From positions 6,016,001 through 6,080,000 of the forward strand of contig OZ251539.1 of assembly GCA_965243135.1 (NCBI GenBank): a stretch of 64,000 bases of DNA, in the 5' to 3' direction. The translations under genes and the position numbers were made by a program. The DNA comes from Alphaproteobacteria bacterium. GTDB lineage: Bacteria; Pseudomonadota; Alphaproteobacteria; MPNO01; UBA830. Positions 40,849-50,895 of this stretch are shown here, piece after piece (position 1 is the first letter of the stretch; each line of letters opens with the position of its first letter). The notes beneath the pieces were generated by a model. That model had not been told where the DNA came from. It worked only from the letters and a program-made list of their open reading frames with translations, and searched no databases.

Positions 40849-43643
40849 TCATACCCGAAACACCTTCATTGCTTCGTCGCCCAGATGGTTGATGACCTTG
40901 ACGGCGATGCGGCCCGAGGCGGGGCGGCTGAAGGGGCGGGAAACGTCGCTGTGGAGCGTTGCCCAGGCATCCGGATCGATCTCGGCTTTGAGCGTGGTCT
41001 TGAGCGCTTTGTAGGGGTCGTCCGCTCCCAGAAAATAGGCATGGCGAACGAAGAAGCTTTCTTCGTTGTAGTTGGTGTCGACGAACCAGCAGGCGATGCC
41101 CTCGGGGCCGTCGCTTCGGATTTCGCCGGTATTGGGGTGAAACACGTCGACGCCGTTGATCCGTACCTGGATTTGGCTGTCCTCCAAGTCTTCGATTTCG
41201 ATGTCGGGTTCGCCGAAGACGACGAACAGGTTGCCCTTGCCCGTATTCTTGAGGTCGGTGGCCATGTGCAGATCGGCGTTGATCCGCGCCTTGAGAACGG
41301 GTACGCGGCCGAGCTTCTCGAACTCGGTGGCATGGGCCTCGTAGCTGAAAGCGCAGGAGATGAGCACGTCGAAGCCGGCGTCCGCCGCTTCGCGCGCCGC
41401 GGCGACAAGGTCGGGACGCTGCACGGTGCCGAATTCGGGTCCGATGAAGATGCCGGCGCTGCGCTCAACGCTTTCCCCCCCCCCCCCCCCCCCCCATCTT
41501 CGGCGTAACGGCCTTCGGCGCAGACGTGGTCGCCCGCCCGGGGGGCGAGGGAGGAGAACGCGATGCGATCCTCCCGATGCGCCTGCTGGACGCCCGCTGT
41601 CTTCAGGTTCTCCAGGATCATGGCGACGAAATCCGGTGTTTCGCCATAGCCGAGCCTGCCGTCGGCCAGGCTGCGGAACGCCTCGTCGTTTTCGTCCACC
41701 GCCAGCGTCTGATGCGGCGCGACGCTCTCGACGGTGAACGGTCCGGCGACGCGGACGCGAGTCCTGTCCTCGTAAGGTTTGTCGTAGAGATATTCGGTGT
41801 CGGCCTTCACGGCGATGGAGGCATCGATTTCCTTCTGGCGAGCGATGCGGGCCGCCCACCATTCGGCATGCGCCGCCTTCGCTTCGTCCGGCCAGCCGGC
41901 ACCGGCTTCGCGCGGGATTTGCCATTCCTCCCGTGCCTCGCCCAAGGCGGCATTGAGCGTCTCGCGCAGCGGCTCCAGCGTTTCCTGCCATGCTTCCCAA
42001 ATGGTGTCGATTTCCGCGTTGTTGGCGATGGACTTGAGGGTGACATGGGGGACGCGCTCGTAGACGAAGCCCTGGCGCACGTCGCCGCCGGTCGGAGTTT
42101 CGGCGGGCGCGCGGTTCGTGAGTTCGGCTTCCCTGCGTTGGCCTTCCGGGCTGTCGGCGAGCAGATACCACGGGTAGCGCGAGCCCATGATCCGCATGCG
42201 GGCAAGCGCTAAAGCGACACGGGAGGTGTCGATGGTAATCCAGCGCCGGCCCCACTGCTCGGCGACATAGGCGGCGGTACCGGAACCGCAGGTTGGGTCG
42301 AGAACGAGGTCGCCAGGGTCGGTGGTCATCAGGAGACAGCGTTCGATGACCTTGGGTCTTGTTTCCACCACATAAGTTTGATTGGTTGTAAAACCGCTTG
42401 TATCGGTCCATACGTCTCCAAAACTTCTCACCGGATAATCGTCGATATAAAGTCTGTATCTTAACTTGTTCCCCTGAATTGAAATACGACCAGATAGAGA
42501 AATTCGTTTCATGCCGTCAGGATAGCTGACTTGCCAATGTCGATTATTATTCGGGCGATAAATCCTTCCTTCAAACTTGAATGGTGTGTCGATATTCGCT
42601 TGACCCGAGCTCTCCAATGAGACATATCGAAAAATCCTGCCCTTTATTTTTGATGGAGACAATAGTTTCTCCTTATCATTTATCATCCGATATGAGAATG
42701 GTTCTATTTCAATGTTTTTATAGAAATTATCGTGCCATTTTTCTTCAAAAACAGGTCTGAATTTGCATTGTTCTATAATTTTTGCGTACCAGATTATTCT
42801 GTCTCCAGTTCGCCCAATAAAATTCGATTCAAGACTTCCCGTTTTCGTAAAAAAGATTTCCCTAACGAAATTCCCCTCGCCAAACACCTCGTCCATCACT
42901 ACCCGAACGCGATGCACGTTCTCGTCCCCGATCTGCACAAACACCGAGCCGCTCTCGGCCAACAGGTCCCGCGCCACCGTCAGCCGGTCGCGCAGATAGC
43001 TCAGATACGAATGAATGCCGTCCCGCCATGTGTCGCGGAATGCCTTCACCTGTTCTGGCTCCCGTGTGATGTGCGCCGCCTTCCCGTCCTTAACGTCGCG
43101 GCTGGTGGTGGACCATTGGAAGTTGGAGTTGAAGCGTATGCCGTAAGGCGGATCGACGTATATGCACTGCACCTTGCCGCGCAGCCCCTCGCGCTCGGCG
43201 AGGCTGCCCATGACTTGGAGCGCGTCTCCCAGGATCATGCGATTCGACCAGTTGGCCTCATGCCGATAGTATTCTGTCCGCTCCGCGCCTTCCGGCAGAC
43301 CGTTGAAATCGGCGAAGAGATCCGGCGCGTCCTCCGTTGCATCGTCGCGGCGGCGCTTCGCTTCGCGCAGCAGGTCATCGATCAGAGCCTTGGGGTGGAC
43401 CTTCTCCTGGATATAGAGGGGCGGAGCTTGGACGATCAGGTCGGCTTCGTCCTGCTCGTCCTTGCCGCGCCAGACTAACTGTGGATCGAGGTCGCGGTTG
43501 CGGCGCTCGTAGACGAGGCGGACCGGAGCCTTGTCCTCGTCCGCCATCAATGGCTGGCCCTCGGCCGACGGATTGTTGAGCCGAGTCGCCCCTTCGTGCG
43601 TCAGGGTTTCGACTTGCAGGGGGTTCTTCGGTTCTCGCGCCAT
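40849..43643 (-). CDS. mod: Type III RM DNA methyltransferase (Mod), frameshifted at a G21 tract as sequenced
   Basis: NRMILGD, YVDPPYG and DLVLDPTCGSGT in the frame ending at 40866; the conserved-looking C-terminus (AGIFIGPEFG..IAVKVINHLGDEAMKV) is in the frame ending at 40849; the switch falls at 41475-41495. Confidence 0.88.
41475..41495 (-). repeat. G21 homopolymer within mod (candidate phase-variation tract)
   Basis: 21 consecutive C on the + strand; no other long homopolymer was seen in the window. Confidence 0.85.
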
Positions 43644-44425
43644 CACGCCGCGACTCGCCGCAGGAGTTTGCGGTCGAGATCCCCACGCGACTCCAGAGAC
43701 GAAACCATGTCGCCGCCCACGTCCGACAACCTGGCGAGATCCGCCCTCGGGATCTCGGCCTGATTCTCGAAGACGAGGATCGACTCGAACGCAAGCTCGT
43801 GCCGATGGAAATGCGACAGCATGATCGTCGTCAACCGCGCTTTGTCGCGGTTGGGTACGCCGTAGAGGAACAGTGGAACGCCGTCCTTGCCTTCGATCCG
43901 GTAGTCGACGGGATAGGCGTTGGCGTTCGGCACGTCCGGTCGGTAGTCGGGTTGGAACTTGTCCCCGCCCACCAGATGAGAGAGGAGGTCGGCCAGATCG
44001 TCGTAGAAGGTGGAACCGACGTTGGAGCGTGAGAGTAGCGTCAAGTCGTAGATCCTGGTCAGCGCCTGTCCGAAACGGAAGATGGCTTCCGACAGCCGCT
44101 CGGGGGAGGCGTCAAGGCAGAATGCCCCGCCATCCCATTGCAATTCGCTCTCGGCCATGATGCGTTCGAGCAGCATCCCCCGTGCTCCTTCCAGGAACGA
44201 ATCGACATCATGCTCGTAGCTGATATGCATAAGGGTATGGCCGCGGTCTGACAGCCGGAAGCCGCCAGCCGACGCCTCGGCGAGATGGATCGGAAAACGG
44301 TCTCCGTCGGGGAACTGAAAGCGCGTCTGCAGCGTTAACGCACCATCCGGACGCCGTTCGATTCGTATATCCTCGCAGAGGCGTTCGCAAAGCAGTCTTT
44401 GAAGCGCATCGTGGTCGGCGATCAT
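43643..44425 (-). CDS. DUF1828-like hypothetical protein
   Basis: TRFQFPDGD..I.L....FRLSDRGHTLM N-terminus and YPVDYRI C-terminal part; overlaps both neighbours. Confidence 0.7.
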   Translation of the reverse strand: MIADHDALQRLLCERLCEDIRIERRPDGALTLQTRFQFPDGDRFPIHLAEASAGGFRLSDRGHTLMHISYEHDVDSFLEGARGMLLERIMAESELQWDGGAFCLDASPERLSEAIFRFGQALTRIYDLTLLSRSNVGSTFYDDLADLLSHLVGGDKFQPDYRPDVPNANAYPVDYRIEGKDGVPLFLYGVPNRDKARLTTIMLSHFHRHELAFESILVFENQAEIPRADLARLSDVGGDMVSSLESRGDLDRKLLRRVAA

Positions 44426-44892
44426 AACGGCAGTCCCAGCTGATCGTGTTCAGCGCCGATCCCGCTCAGATTGAAGTCGTCGATCAGACAGGCTAACGCA
44501 CCTTCGAGAGTTTCGTATCGATCGGTCTCCTCTGCCTCCCGCTCTGGCTTTCTTGCCGTCGCGATCGCTTTTTCGGTAACGCGGTGGATACGCGAACGCC
44601 AGACGATATCGTCGTGCGCATAACTCGGACCATTGTAGCGCGTCAGAGTGAGTGGCGGCCCGTCAGGTGGAAGATATGCGATACCGCAGGAGAAATCGTT
44701 CGCGTCTGTCAGATTCTGACGCACGTAGACCGAAAAATGAGCATCCTTGCCCCCCGCACCCTTGAAGCCGCGTTGGCGATGCGCAGGTCTTGTCTTAGGT
44801 TTGTCCGACCGGCTCGCGCCTGGGTTTGTCACCCGCTTCGGCATCGACCGGAGAGCGTCGATTTCTGCTTTCGTATAGGGCCGAATGTTCAT
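44422..44892 (-). CDS. Hypothetical protein, upstream partner of the DUF1828-like gene
   Basis: 156 aa with IDALRSMPKRV, YVRQN..DFSCG and LTRYNG..H..IH; ATGA-type coupling. Confidence 0.7.
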   Translation of the reverse strand: MNIRPYTKAEIDALRSMPKRVTNPGASRSDKPKTRPAHRQRGFKGAGGKDAHFSVYVRQNLTDANDFSCGIAYLPPDGPPLTLTRYNGPSYAHDDIVWRSRIHRVTEKAIATARKPEREAEETDRYETLEGALACLIDDFNLSGIGAEHDQLGLPL

Positions 44893-45218
44893 CGCCGAAC
44901 CCACTCTCCGCCGCACGAGACGAACCGCGGATCGTGGCAATCGCTGGCGAGGCGGGCGGACATCTTGCGTTCGTCAGCTTTCATGGCCCGGAATATGACC
45001 GTCGGACGGAATTTCGCTCCGAAAGCGGAAGCGCCCGCTTCCCGCGTCGCAGTTGAGCGGCGGTGAACCAGAAGTGTAGGTCTGAATCGAGACAACGACG
45101 CTTGCGTCGCGTCTGTCCGCCGAAAGATCAATCCGTCATCAAGGGTTTTACCGAAACGCTTTCGGATTATTCGGTCGCGCAGTTGTTCGACCCGCATCGA
45201 TGTATTTCCACAGATCAT
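44889..45218 (-). CDS. Small hypothetical ORF or gene remnant
   Basis: 109 aa; overlaps the res stop and the next start by 4 nt each; no recognisable motif. Confidence 0.35.
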   Translation of the reverse strand: MICGNTSMRVEQLRDRIIRKRFGKTLDDGLIFRRTDATQASLSRFRPTLLVHRRSTATREAGASAFGAKFRPTVIFRAMKADERKMSARLASDCHDPRFVSCGGEWVRR

Positions 45219-48200
45219 CCGGGCAGCGCGCTCTGTCGCTGAGAAATGTCTCCGATATCCGGTCGGCTTCCGCCAGATGTTTGGTGCGCGGCGGCGCGGG
45301 GGGCGGACAGGAACGGTTCGAGCATCTCTTCGAAGCGGATTTTAACCGATTCGCTGAGATCCTTCTCCATTTCGTAGGGGTCGCTGAACTCGGCGAAGGC
45401 CCAGTGACCGTACGTATCGAGCCGGTTCACGCCGGGGACCCAGCAGTTCTCCATCGTCATTTTTTTATCTTTCGCGTCTTCTCCACGGTAGCCCTTGATC
45501 TCGACGATCAGATGGAGGGGGTCGTCGATGCCGCGCCCGTCGTTCACCAGGAGGATGAAATCGGGAATGTAGGTCCGGGCTGCGGAACCTGATCGGTAGG
45601 GGACTTCCAGTCCCAGACCCTGATTCTTGACGTAGGCGCGAACCCGCGGATGCGCTTCGGCGATGCGGCAGAACTCGACCTCCCAGTCGCTGTCGCAGAT
45701 TGCCCAGTTGACGTGGCAGCGGGAGGGCTGGGTTTTCCAGCGGGTCTTCTTCGAGGTGGTGAAGCGGACATGAGACGTCGAGCCGGCTGGATTATAGGGG
45801 TCGAGAACGACAGTGATCGGTTTTTCACCCATATGGCGAGCGACGATTCCCAGCGTGATGCGTTCGCAAGCCATATCGGCGAGCTCCTGGTACGCAAGCT
45901 GCGCTGGCCAAGTGCCCCCCTTACAGACGAGGTGTCCGTCGAGCCATTGACGCGTAATCCGCTTGAGCTGGCCGAAGAGATGGAGTTTCGGATCCTCGCC
46001 CGGATCCCGCCACTTCGTCTCCAGCAGCCGCTTCGTCAGGTGGAACAACAAGGTCGAGCGGCGCATCTCCTTGAGATGCTCAAGGTTCAGGGTCACGCCT
46101 TCGCCGACGATGCCTTCGTTGCGGGTGATCGAAGGGCCGACGAGGTCGGGCGTGAGTACAAGGGTGGAGTCTTCGTTGAACTTGGCTTCAAGGCGTTCTT
46201 CCGGCAGTTCGACCCGGTACCCGGCGACTCGCGGGAACCGGATCTCGCAGGTGTCGCGATCCGGCGTGACGGCTCTGACCTGCACCACGTCGCGCGGCTT
46301 CGGCGGCGACGCGATCACCGGCACGGCCGTGAAGTCGAAAGGGATGCCGAGCACGTCGGCATATTCGGGGTCGAGCAGGTTCTTGTCGTTGAGATCGTAC
46401 GACTGTCGGCGAAGCGCCCGCCCGACCACCTGCTCGCACAGCAGCTGCGTACCGAAGGCGCGCACGCCGAGAACGTGAGTGACAGTGTTGGCGTCCCAGC
46501 CCTCCGTCAGCATGGAAACCGAAACGACGCAGCGGGTCTCGCCGCCAAGCCGTCCCGCTCTTCCGACGGTATTCACCGCCTCGCGGAGCAAGTCCTGATC
46601 GGAGAGGTCATCCGCCCGGCGGCGGTCGCCGGTGCGGGCGACGACCTCGCGGCGAAAGCGGTCTATTTCGTCGGCGGCAGCGGCGCGGAATTTGCTGTCC
46701 AAGGTCTCGCCGGATTCGAGCTGCCGGCTGTCAATGAGGAGAGTGCGCGGTCGGCCGAGCGAATTGCCGTGGTCGTCGAAATTGCGGAACAGCGGAAGGC
46801 GGCCGTTTTCGAGGGTCGTGGAGCCGTCGGCGTTTTCGCGGAGGAAGCCGGAAACGTAGTCGTAGACGAGCTTCGAGGTCGATACGTTGTTGCAGACCAC
46901 GATGAAGCACGGCGGAACCTCGATATCGGCCTCCCGCCATGCTTCGAACGTTTCCTTGTAGTGTCCATAGAGAGCTTCGAGCGCGGTCTGGAGTTCGACA
47001 GGAATGCTCAACGGATCGAGCGCGGAGGCATTTCCGCCCTTCTTTTTCGGCATTTTCTTGCCGATATGGTCCCAGAGATTGCGGAACTTGGGCATCTCGC
47101 TCCTGGAGATGACGTTATCGGCCACCGGCACGCGCGGCAGCTTTACGATTCCGCATTCGATCGCGTCCATCAGCGAGAAGTCGCTCGCTGTCCAGGGGAA
47201 AAGCGTACCTTCCGCATAGCCCGAGCCGCGCAGGAAGAACGGAGTTGCCGAGAGGTCGATCACGCGGGCGAGGCTCAGCTTCTGTCCGACCGCTTCCAGC
47301 CCCGAAACCCAGAGCCGGGCCGCTTCCCGATCCTTCTCCGCTTCCTTGCGGTCGTCGCCGGTGAGGGCGTTTTCCTCGCCGTCGTCCGGCTTCTCGCGAT
47401 AACAATGATGCGCTTCGTCGTTGAGCGCTATCACGCTTCTGAGCCCCAGGAGCTCGGGCATGACGCGCCGCAACATCTGCCCTTCGCTTTCGAGAGACTG
47501 GATTTCGCCGTTCCGGTCCACGCGACCCTGGAGAAGCGCGCGGCCGCCGTTGGAGACCGTCATTGTCTCGCGCAGCTTGAAAGCGTGGAAGTTGGTGACG
47601 ACGATCTTCGCCCGTTCCAGGTCGCGCAGCATGTCGGTGGGGACGAGTTCACGACTGCGGTAGTAGCTGTCCGGATCGTTGGGCAGCAGTACGCGAAGGC
47701 GGTCACGGATCGTTATGCCCGGCGTCGTCACCAGAAAGCCTCGGGTAAAGCGCCCGCTGTTCGGCCGGCGAACCGCGTTCACGGTTTGCCATGCGATCAA
47801 CATCGCCATGACCGCTGTCTTGCCGGCTCCCGTGGCGAGCTTCAACGCCAGTCTGGCAAGCCCCGGGTTCGCTTCCGCGTTTACCGTTTCGAGGTGATCG
47901 AGGAATCGCCGCCCGGCGTTGCCCAGCGCCGGCGCCACCTCGGTCAGCCAGATCACCGTTTCCACCGCCTCGACCTGGCAGAAGAAAGGACGAAAGCCAT
48001 CGGATCGACCGCGGCGCCAGTGCTTCAGCAGCCGGGCGGTTTCCGGCGTCACCCGCCACCGCGCTTCCGGCAACGCGCGCCATTGGTCGACGGCTCGGCG
48101 GAGGCTGTCGATGATCTCCGTCAGATCGTATTGCTGACCATTGGCGGCGAGCCGCTGCGCCTCTGCGTCGAAGACCATCTCATGTTGGTTTCCTTTGCGC

Positions 48201-48355
48201 TTCTTCGGCTTCGGGATCGGCGTAATGAACGAGAACCGCCGCCGCCGGTCGACAACGCGGTTTGTCGGTTGACCGGTTTCATCAAGTTCCCAGTGGCGAG
48301 AGGGATATTCGTAAGGCGAGTTGAGAACTGGACGTTCGAAGAAACGATCCGTCAT
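45215..48355 (-). CDS. res: Type III restriction endonuclease (Res)
   Basis: LATGAGKT, NDEAHH, SATP, MLTEGWD and QVVGRALRR helicase motifs; C-terminal nuclease YIPDF..VEIKG. Confidence 0.92.
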   Translation of the reverse strand: MTDRFFERPVLNSPYEYPSRHWELDETGQPTNRVVDRRRRFSFITPIPKPKKRKGNQHEMVFDAEAQRLAANGQQYDLTEIIDSLRRAVDQWRALPEARWRVTPETARLLKHWRRGRSDGFRPFFCQVEAVETVIWLTEVAPALGNAGRRFLDHLETVNAEANPGLARLALKLATGAGKTAVMAMLIAWQTVNAVRRPNSGRFTRGFLVTTPGITIRDRLRVLLPNDPDSYYRSRELVPTDMLRDLERAKIVVTNFHAFKLRETMTVSNGGRALLQGRVDRNGEIQSLESEGQMLRRVMPELLGLRSVIALNDEAHHCYREKPDDGEENALTGDDRKEAEKDREAARLWVSGLEAVGQKLSLARVIDLSATPFFLRGSGYAEGTLFPWTASDFSLMDAIECGIVKLPRVPVADNVISRSEMPKFRNLWDHIGKKMPKKKGGNASALDPLSIPVELQTALEALYGHYKETFEAWREADIEVPPCFIVVCNNVSTSKLVYDYVSGFLRENADGSTTLENGRLPLFRNFDDHGNSLGRPRTLLIDSRQLESGETLDSKFRAAAADEIDRFRREVVARTGDRRRADDLSDQDLLREAVNTVGRAGRLGGETRCVVSVSMLTEGWDANTVTHVLGVRAFGTQLLCEQVVGRALRRQSYDLNDKNLLDPEYADVLGIPFDFTAVPVIASPPKPRDVVQVRAVTPDRDTCEIRFPRVAGYRVELPEERLEAKFNEDSTLVLTPDLVGPSITRNEGIVGEGVTLNLEHLKEMRRSTLLFHLTKRLLETKWRDPGEDPKLHLFGQLKRITRQWLDGHLVCKGGTWPAQLAYQELADMACERITLGIVARHMGEKPITVVLDPYNPAGSTSHVRFTTSKKTRWKTQPSRCHVNWAICDSDWEVEFCRIAEAHPRVRAYVKNQGLGLEVPYRSGSAARTYIPDFILLVNDGRGIDDPLHLIVEIKGYRGEDAKDKKMTMENCWVPGVNRLDTYGHWAFAEFSDPYEMEKDLSESVKIRFEEMLEPFLSAPRAAAHQTSGGSRPDIGDISQRQSALPG

Positions 48356-48489
48356 TGTCGACGATCCCCGGGTCGAGTGTCCCAAGCTCCAGCCAGCGCC
48401 GCGCCCTCATGACGCAGACCTTCTCCTTGATGGCGCCGTCGGCCACGCGGCATCGACAGCTAACCCGAAATTGTACGTAACTCTGGGGT

Positions 48490-48640
48490 CGCTATGTCTG
48501 TAGCGGATTTAAGCGCGTGATCGACGCGATGTCGAGTCCGATATCGACGCCTTTCCGCCGCAAAGCGGGCATGAGGTCGTCGTCGGTCAAATCGGCGACC
48601 CTGCGGCGACCGTTGAGGAGATTCTTCCAAGCCTGCGGTC
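48490..48640 (-). pseudogene. NYN/LabA-domain nuclease fragment
   Basis: Translates as KNLLNGRRRVADLTDDDLMPALRRKGVDIGLDIASIT, resembling the NYN-family KGVDMRIGLDIAS motif; no intact start. Confidence 0.5.
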
Positions 48641-48903
48641 TCCGACCCCATGATCGGCTTCGACCTACGCGACCCTCGCCGAGCCGAAGCGCGAAACTCC
48701 GCTAGCTGCAGATATCCACCGAAGGAATGCAGCTTCGGTCATTCGAGACGCGAGCTAGGAAAAGCCCCGAGGGTTCAGCCTCGCTGTCGGAGAGAGTTCC
48801 CAGACTGGATTCCGAGAGTTCCAAAGGTAACGCAAGGATCGTTGATCGGCCGGGTCGCGTGAAGTCCGCACTGGCGCCGCAACGACGATTTCGGAAAACC
48901 GGC

Positions 48904-50895
48904 TCAGAAAGCGCGTCGGACCGCTTCGTCCGGCGACGCCGCGGTTCGACGCCGGGGAGCGCCGACGCGAAGGCGCCGGTCGCTGAGAGACACGCAACCG
49001 CCGGCCGCCATCATGATCGCGCCAGCCCAGATCCACGGCACGAGAGGGTTATGATAAAGGCGCGTCGTCCATCCGCCGTCGCCGTCCGGTTCGCCCAGAA
49101 CTGCATAGACGTCCGCCATCAACGTCGTGTGGATCGCCGCTTCGGTCGTGGCGGACCGTTCGGCCGGATAACTCCGTTTTTCCGGATGCAGCACGGTCAC
49201 AGTCCGGCCTTTTCGCAGAAGCTCGTAGACGCCGCGAGTCGCCGCGTAGTTGGGGCCTTCCACGGCGTCGGCGCCGCGGAAGCGCACTTCGTAACCCGCG
49301 AGTTCGACGGTCTCTCCCGGGCGCATGACGAGGATGCGTTCCGTCTGCCATGCGGACGAGGCGGCGATGCCGGCGACGACGATCCCGAGCGCCGCGTGGG
49401 CGATCGCCGTTCCCCATGCCGAGCGCGGCAACTTTGCGGCGCGCTTCAGCGCGGCGGACAGGGGAAGCCTGAACGTCCCCGTTCTTTCGAGAAGTTCGAT
49501 GCCGGCCCCCGCCACCAGCCATGTCGCTATGCCGAGCGCGAGCGCCGCAAACAGGTCGCTTCGCGAGTCGAAGCCCGCGGTTGCGACCGCGACGCCCACG
49601 GCGAGAGCCGCTGCCGCCTTGAGCCGGCCGAGGACGCCGGACAGGTCTCCCCGTTTCCATGCCATCGCCGCGCCCGCAGGGCAGGCGATCAGCAATGGGA
49701 TCATCAGCGGCACGAAGGTGGCGTTGAAGAACGGCGCGCCCACCGAAACCCTGCCGCCGCCCACCGCGTCGAGCAGGAGCGGGTAGAGGGTGCCGATCAG
49801 AACGACGGCGCAAGCGGTCGCAAGCAGAAGATTGTTCAGCACCAGCGCGCCCTCGCGGCTGATCGGGGCGAACAGGCCGCCGGGCTTGAGGGCCGGCGCG
49901 CGCAGCGCGTAAAGGACGAAGCCTCCTCCGGCCACGGCGACCATGAGCGCCAGGATGAAGACTCCTCGCTCGGGATCCGTCGCGAATGCGTGAACGGAGG
50001 TCAGCACGCCCGAGCGGACGAGGAAGGTTCCCAGAAGCGACAGGCCGAAGGCGATGATCGCGAGAAGTATCGTCCAGCTCTTGAGGGTGTCTCGCCTCTC
50101 CACCACGAGCGCCGAATGCAGCAACGCGGTTCCGGCGAGCCACGGCAGAAAGGAGGCGTTTTCGACCGGATCCCAGAACCACCATCCGCCCCAGCCGAGC
50201 TCGTAGTAGGCCCACCAGCTGCCGAGCGCGATCCCGACCGTGAGCGCGGTCCAGGCCAGCAGGGTCCAGGGCCGCACCCATCGTGCCCACGCCGCGTCCA
50301 CGCGCCCCTCCAAAAGCGCGGCGATCGCGAAGGAGAACGCCATCGAGAACCCGACGTAGCCGAAGTAGAGAAAAGGCGGGTGAAAGGCGAGGCCCGGATC
50401 CTGCAGCAGGGGATTCAGGCCTTGCCCCTGCGCGGGCGCCGGGTGGAGCCGTTCGAACGGATTCGAAGTGAAGAGCACGAAGGCCAGAAAGCCGGCGCCG
50501 ATCAATCCGTGAACGCCCAGCACGCGGGACCTCAGCCCGGCCGGCAGATTGCGCCCGAACTCCGCGACCATCAGCCCGAACAGCGCGAGGATAAGCACCC
50601 AGAGCACCATCGAGCCTTCGTGGTTTCCCCACACGCCGGTGATCTTGTAGAGCATGGGTTTGAGCGTGTGCGAGTTCGTCGCGACCAGCTTTACCGAAAA
50701 ATCGGAAACCGAGAACGCGTGGATCAACGCGCCGAAGGCCGCCGCAACGAGCAGGAACTGGCCGCGCGCCGCCGGCGCCGCGACGCTCATGAGAGCGCCG
50801 TGCCCGAAATGCGCGCCGACGAGCGGCAGGGTTCCCTGCACCGCCGCCAGGGCGAAGGCCAGCGCCAGCGCGAAATGTCCGATCTCGGCGATCAA
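48904..50895 (-). CDS. ccmF: Heme lyase CcmF
   Basis: WGNHEGS, NPLLQ, HPP, WAYYELGWGGWWFWDPVEN and SVHAF. Confidence 0.97.
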   Translation of the reverse strand: MIAEIGHFALALAFALAAVQGTLPLVGAHFGHGALMSVAAPAARGQFLLVAAAFGALIHAFSVSDFSVKLVATNSHTLKPMLYKITGVWGNHEGSMVLWVLILALFGLMVAEFGRNLPAGLRSRVLGVHGLIGAGFLAFVLFTSNPFERLHPAPAQGQGLNPLLQDPGLAFHPPFLYFGYVGFSMAFSFAIAALLEGRVDAAWARWVRPWTLLAWTALTVGIALGSWWAYYELGWGGWWFWDPVENASFLPWLAGTALLHSALVVERRDTLKSWTILLAIIAFGLSLLGTFLVRSGVLTSVHAFATDPERGVFILALMVAVAGGGFVLYALRAPALKPGGLFAPISREGALVLNNLLLATACAVVLIGTLYPLLLDAVGGGRVSVGAPFFNATFVPLMIPLLIACPAGAAMAWKRGDLSGVLGRLKAAAALAVGVAVATAGFDSRSDLFAALALGIATWLVAGAGIELLERTGTFRLPLSAALKRAAKLPRSAWGTAIAHAALGIVVAGIAASSAWQTERILVMRPGETVELAGYEVRFRGADAVEGPNYAATRGVYELLRKGRTVTVLHPEKRSYPAERSATTEAAIHTTLMADVYAVLGEPDGDGGWTTRLYHNPLVPWIWAGAIMMAAGGCVSLSDRRLRVGAPRRRTAASPDEAVRRAF

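Larger units (their letters stand above)
34803..48903 (-). mobile_element. Defence island inserted between ccmF and ccmG (no integrase; boundaries approximate)
   Basis: Block of RM, TA-like and helicase genes with patchy GC separating the normally linked ccmF and ccmG; all genes are on the minus strand. Confidence 0.7.

Noticed and set aside
34803-48692. 11-bp direct repeat AGCCGAAGCGC at 34803-34813 and 48682-48692 as att/target duplication of the island
   Set aside because: It is short, plausible by chance in GC-rich DNA, and excision would leave ~210 bp between ccmF and ccmG; not supportable without an empty-site genome.
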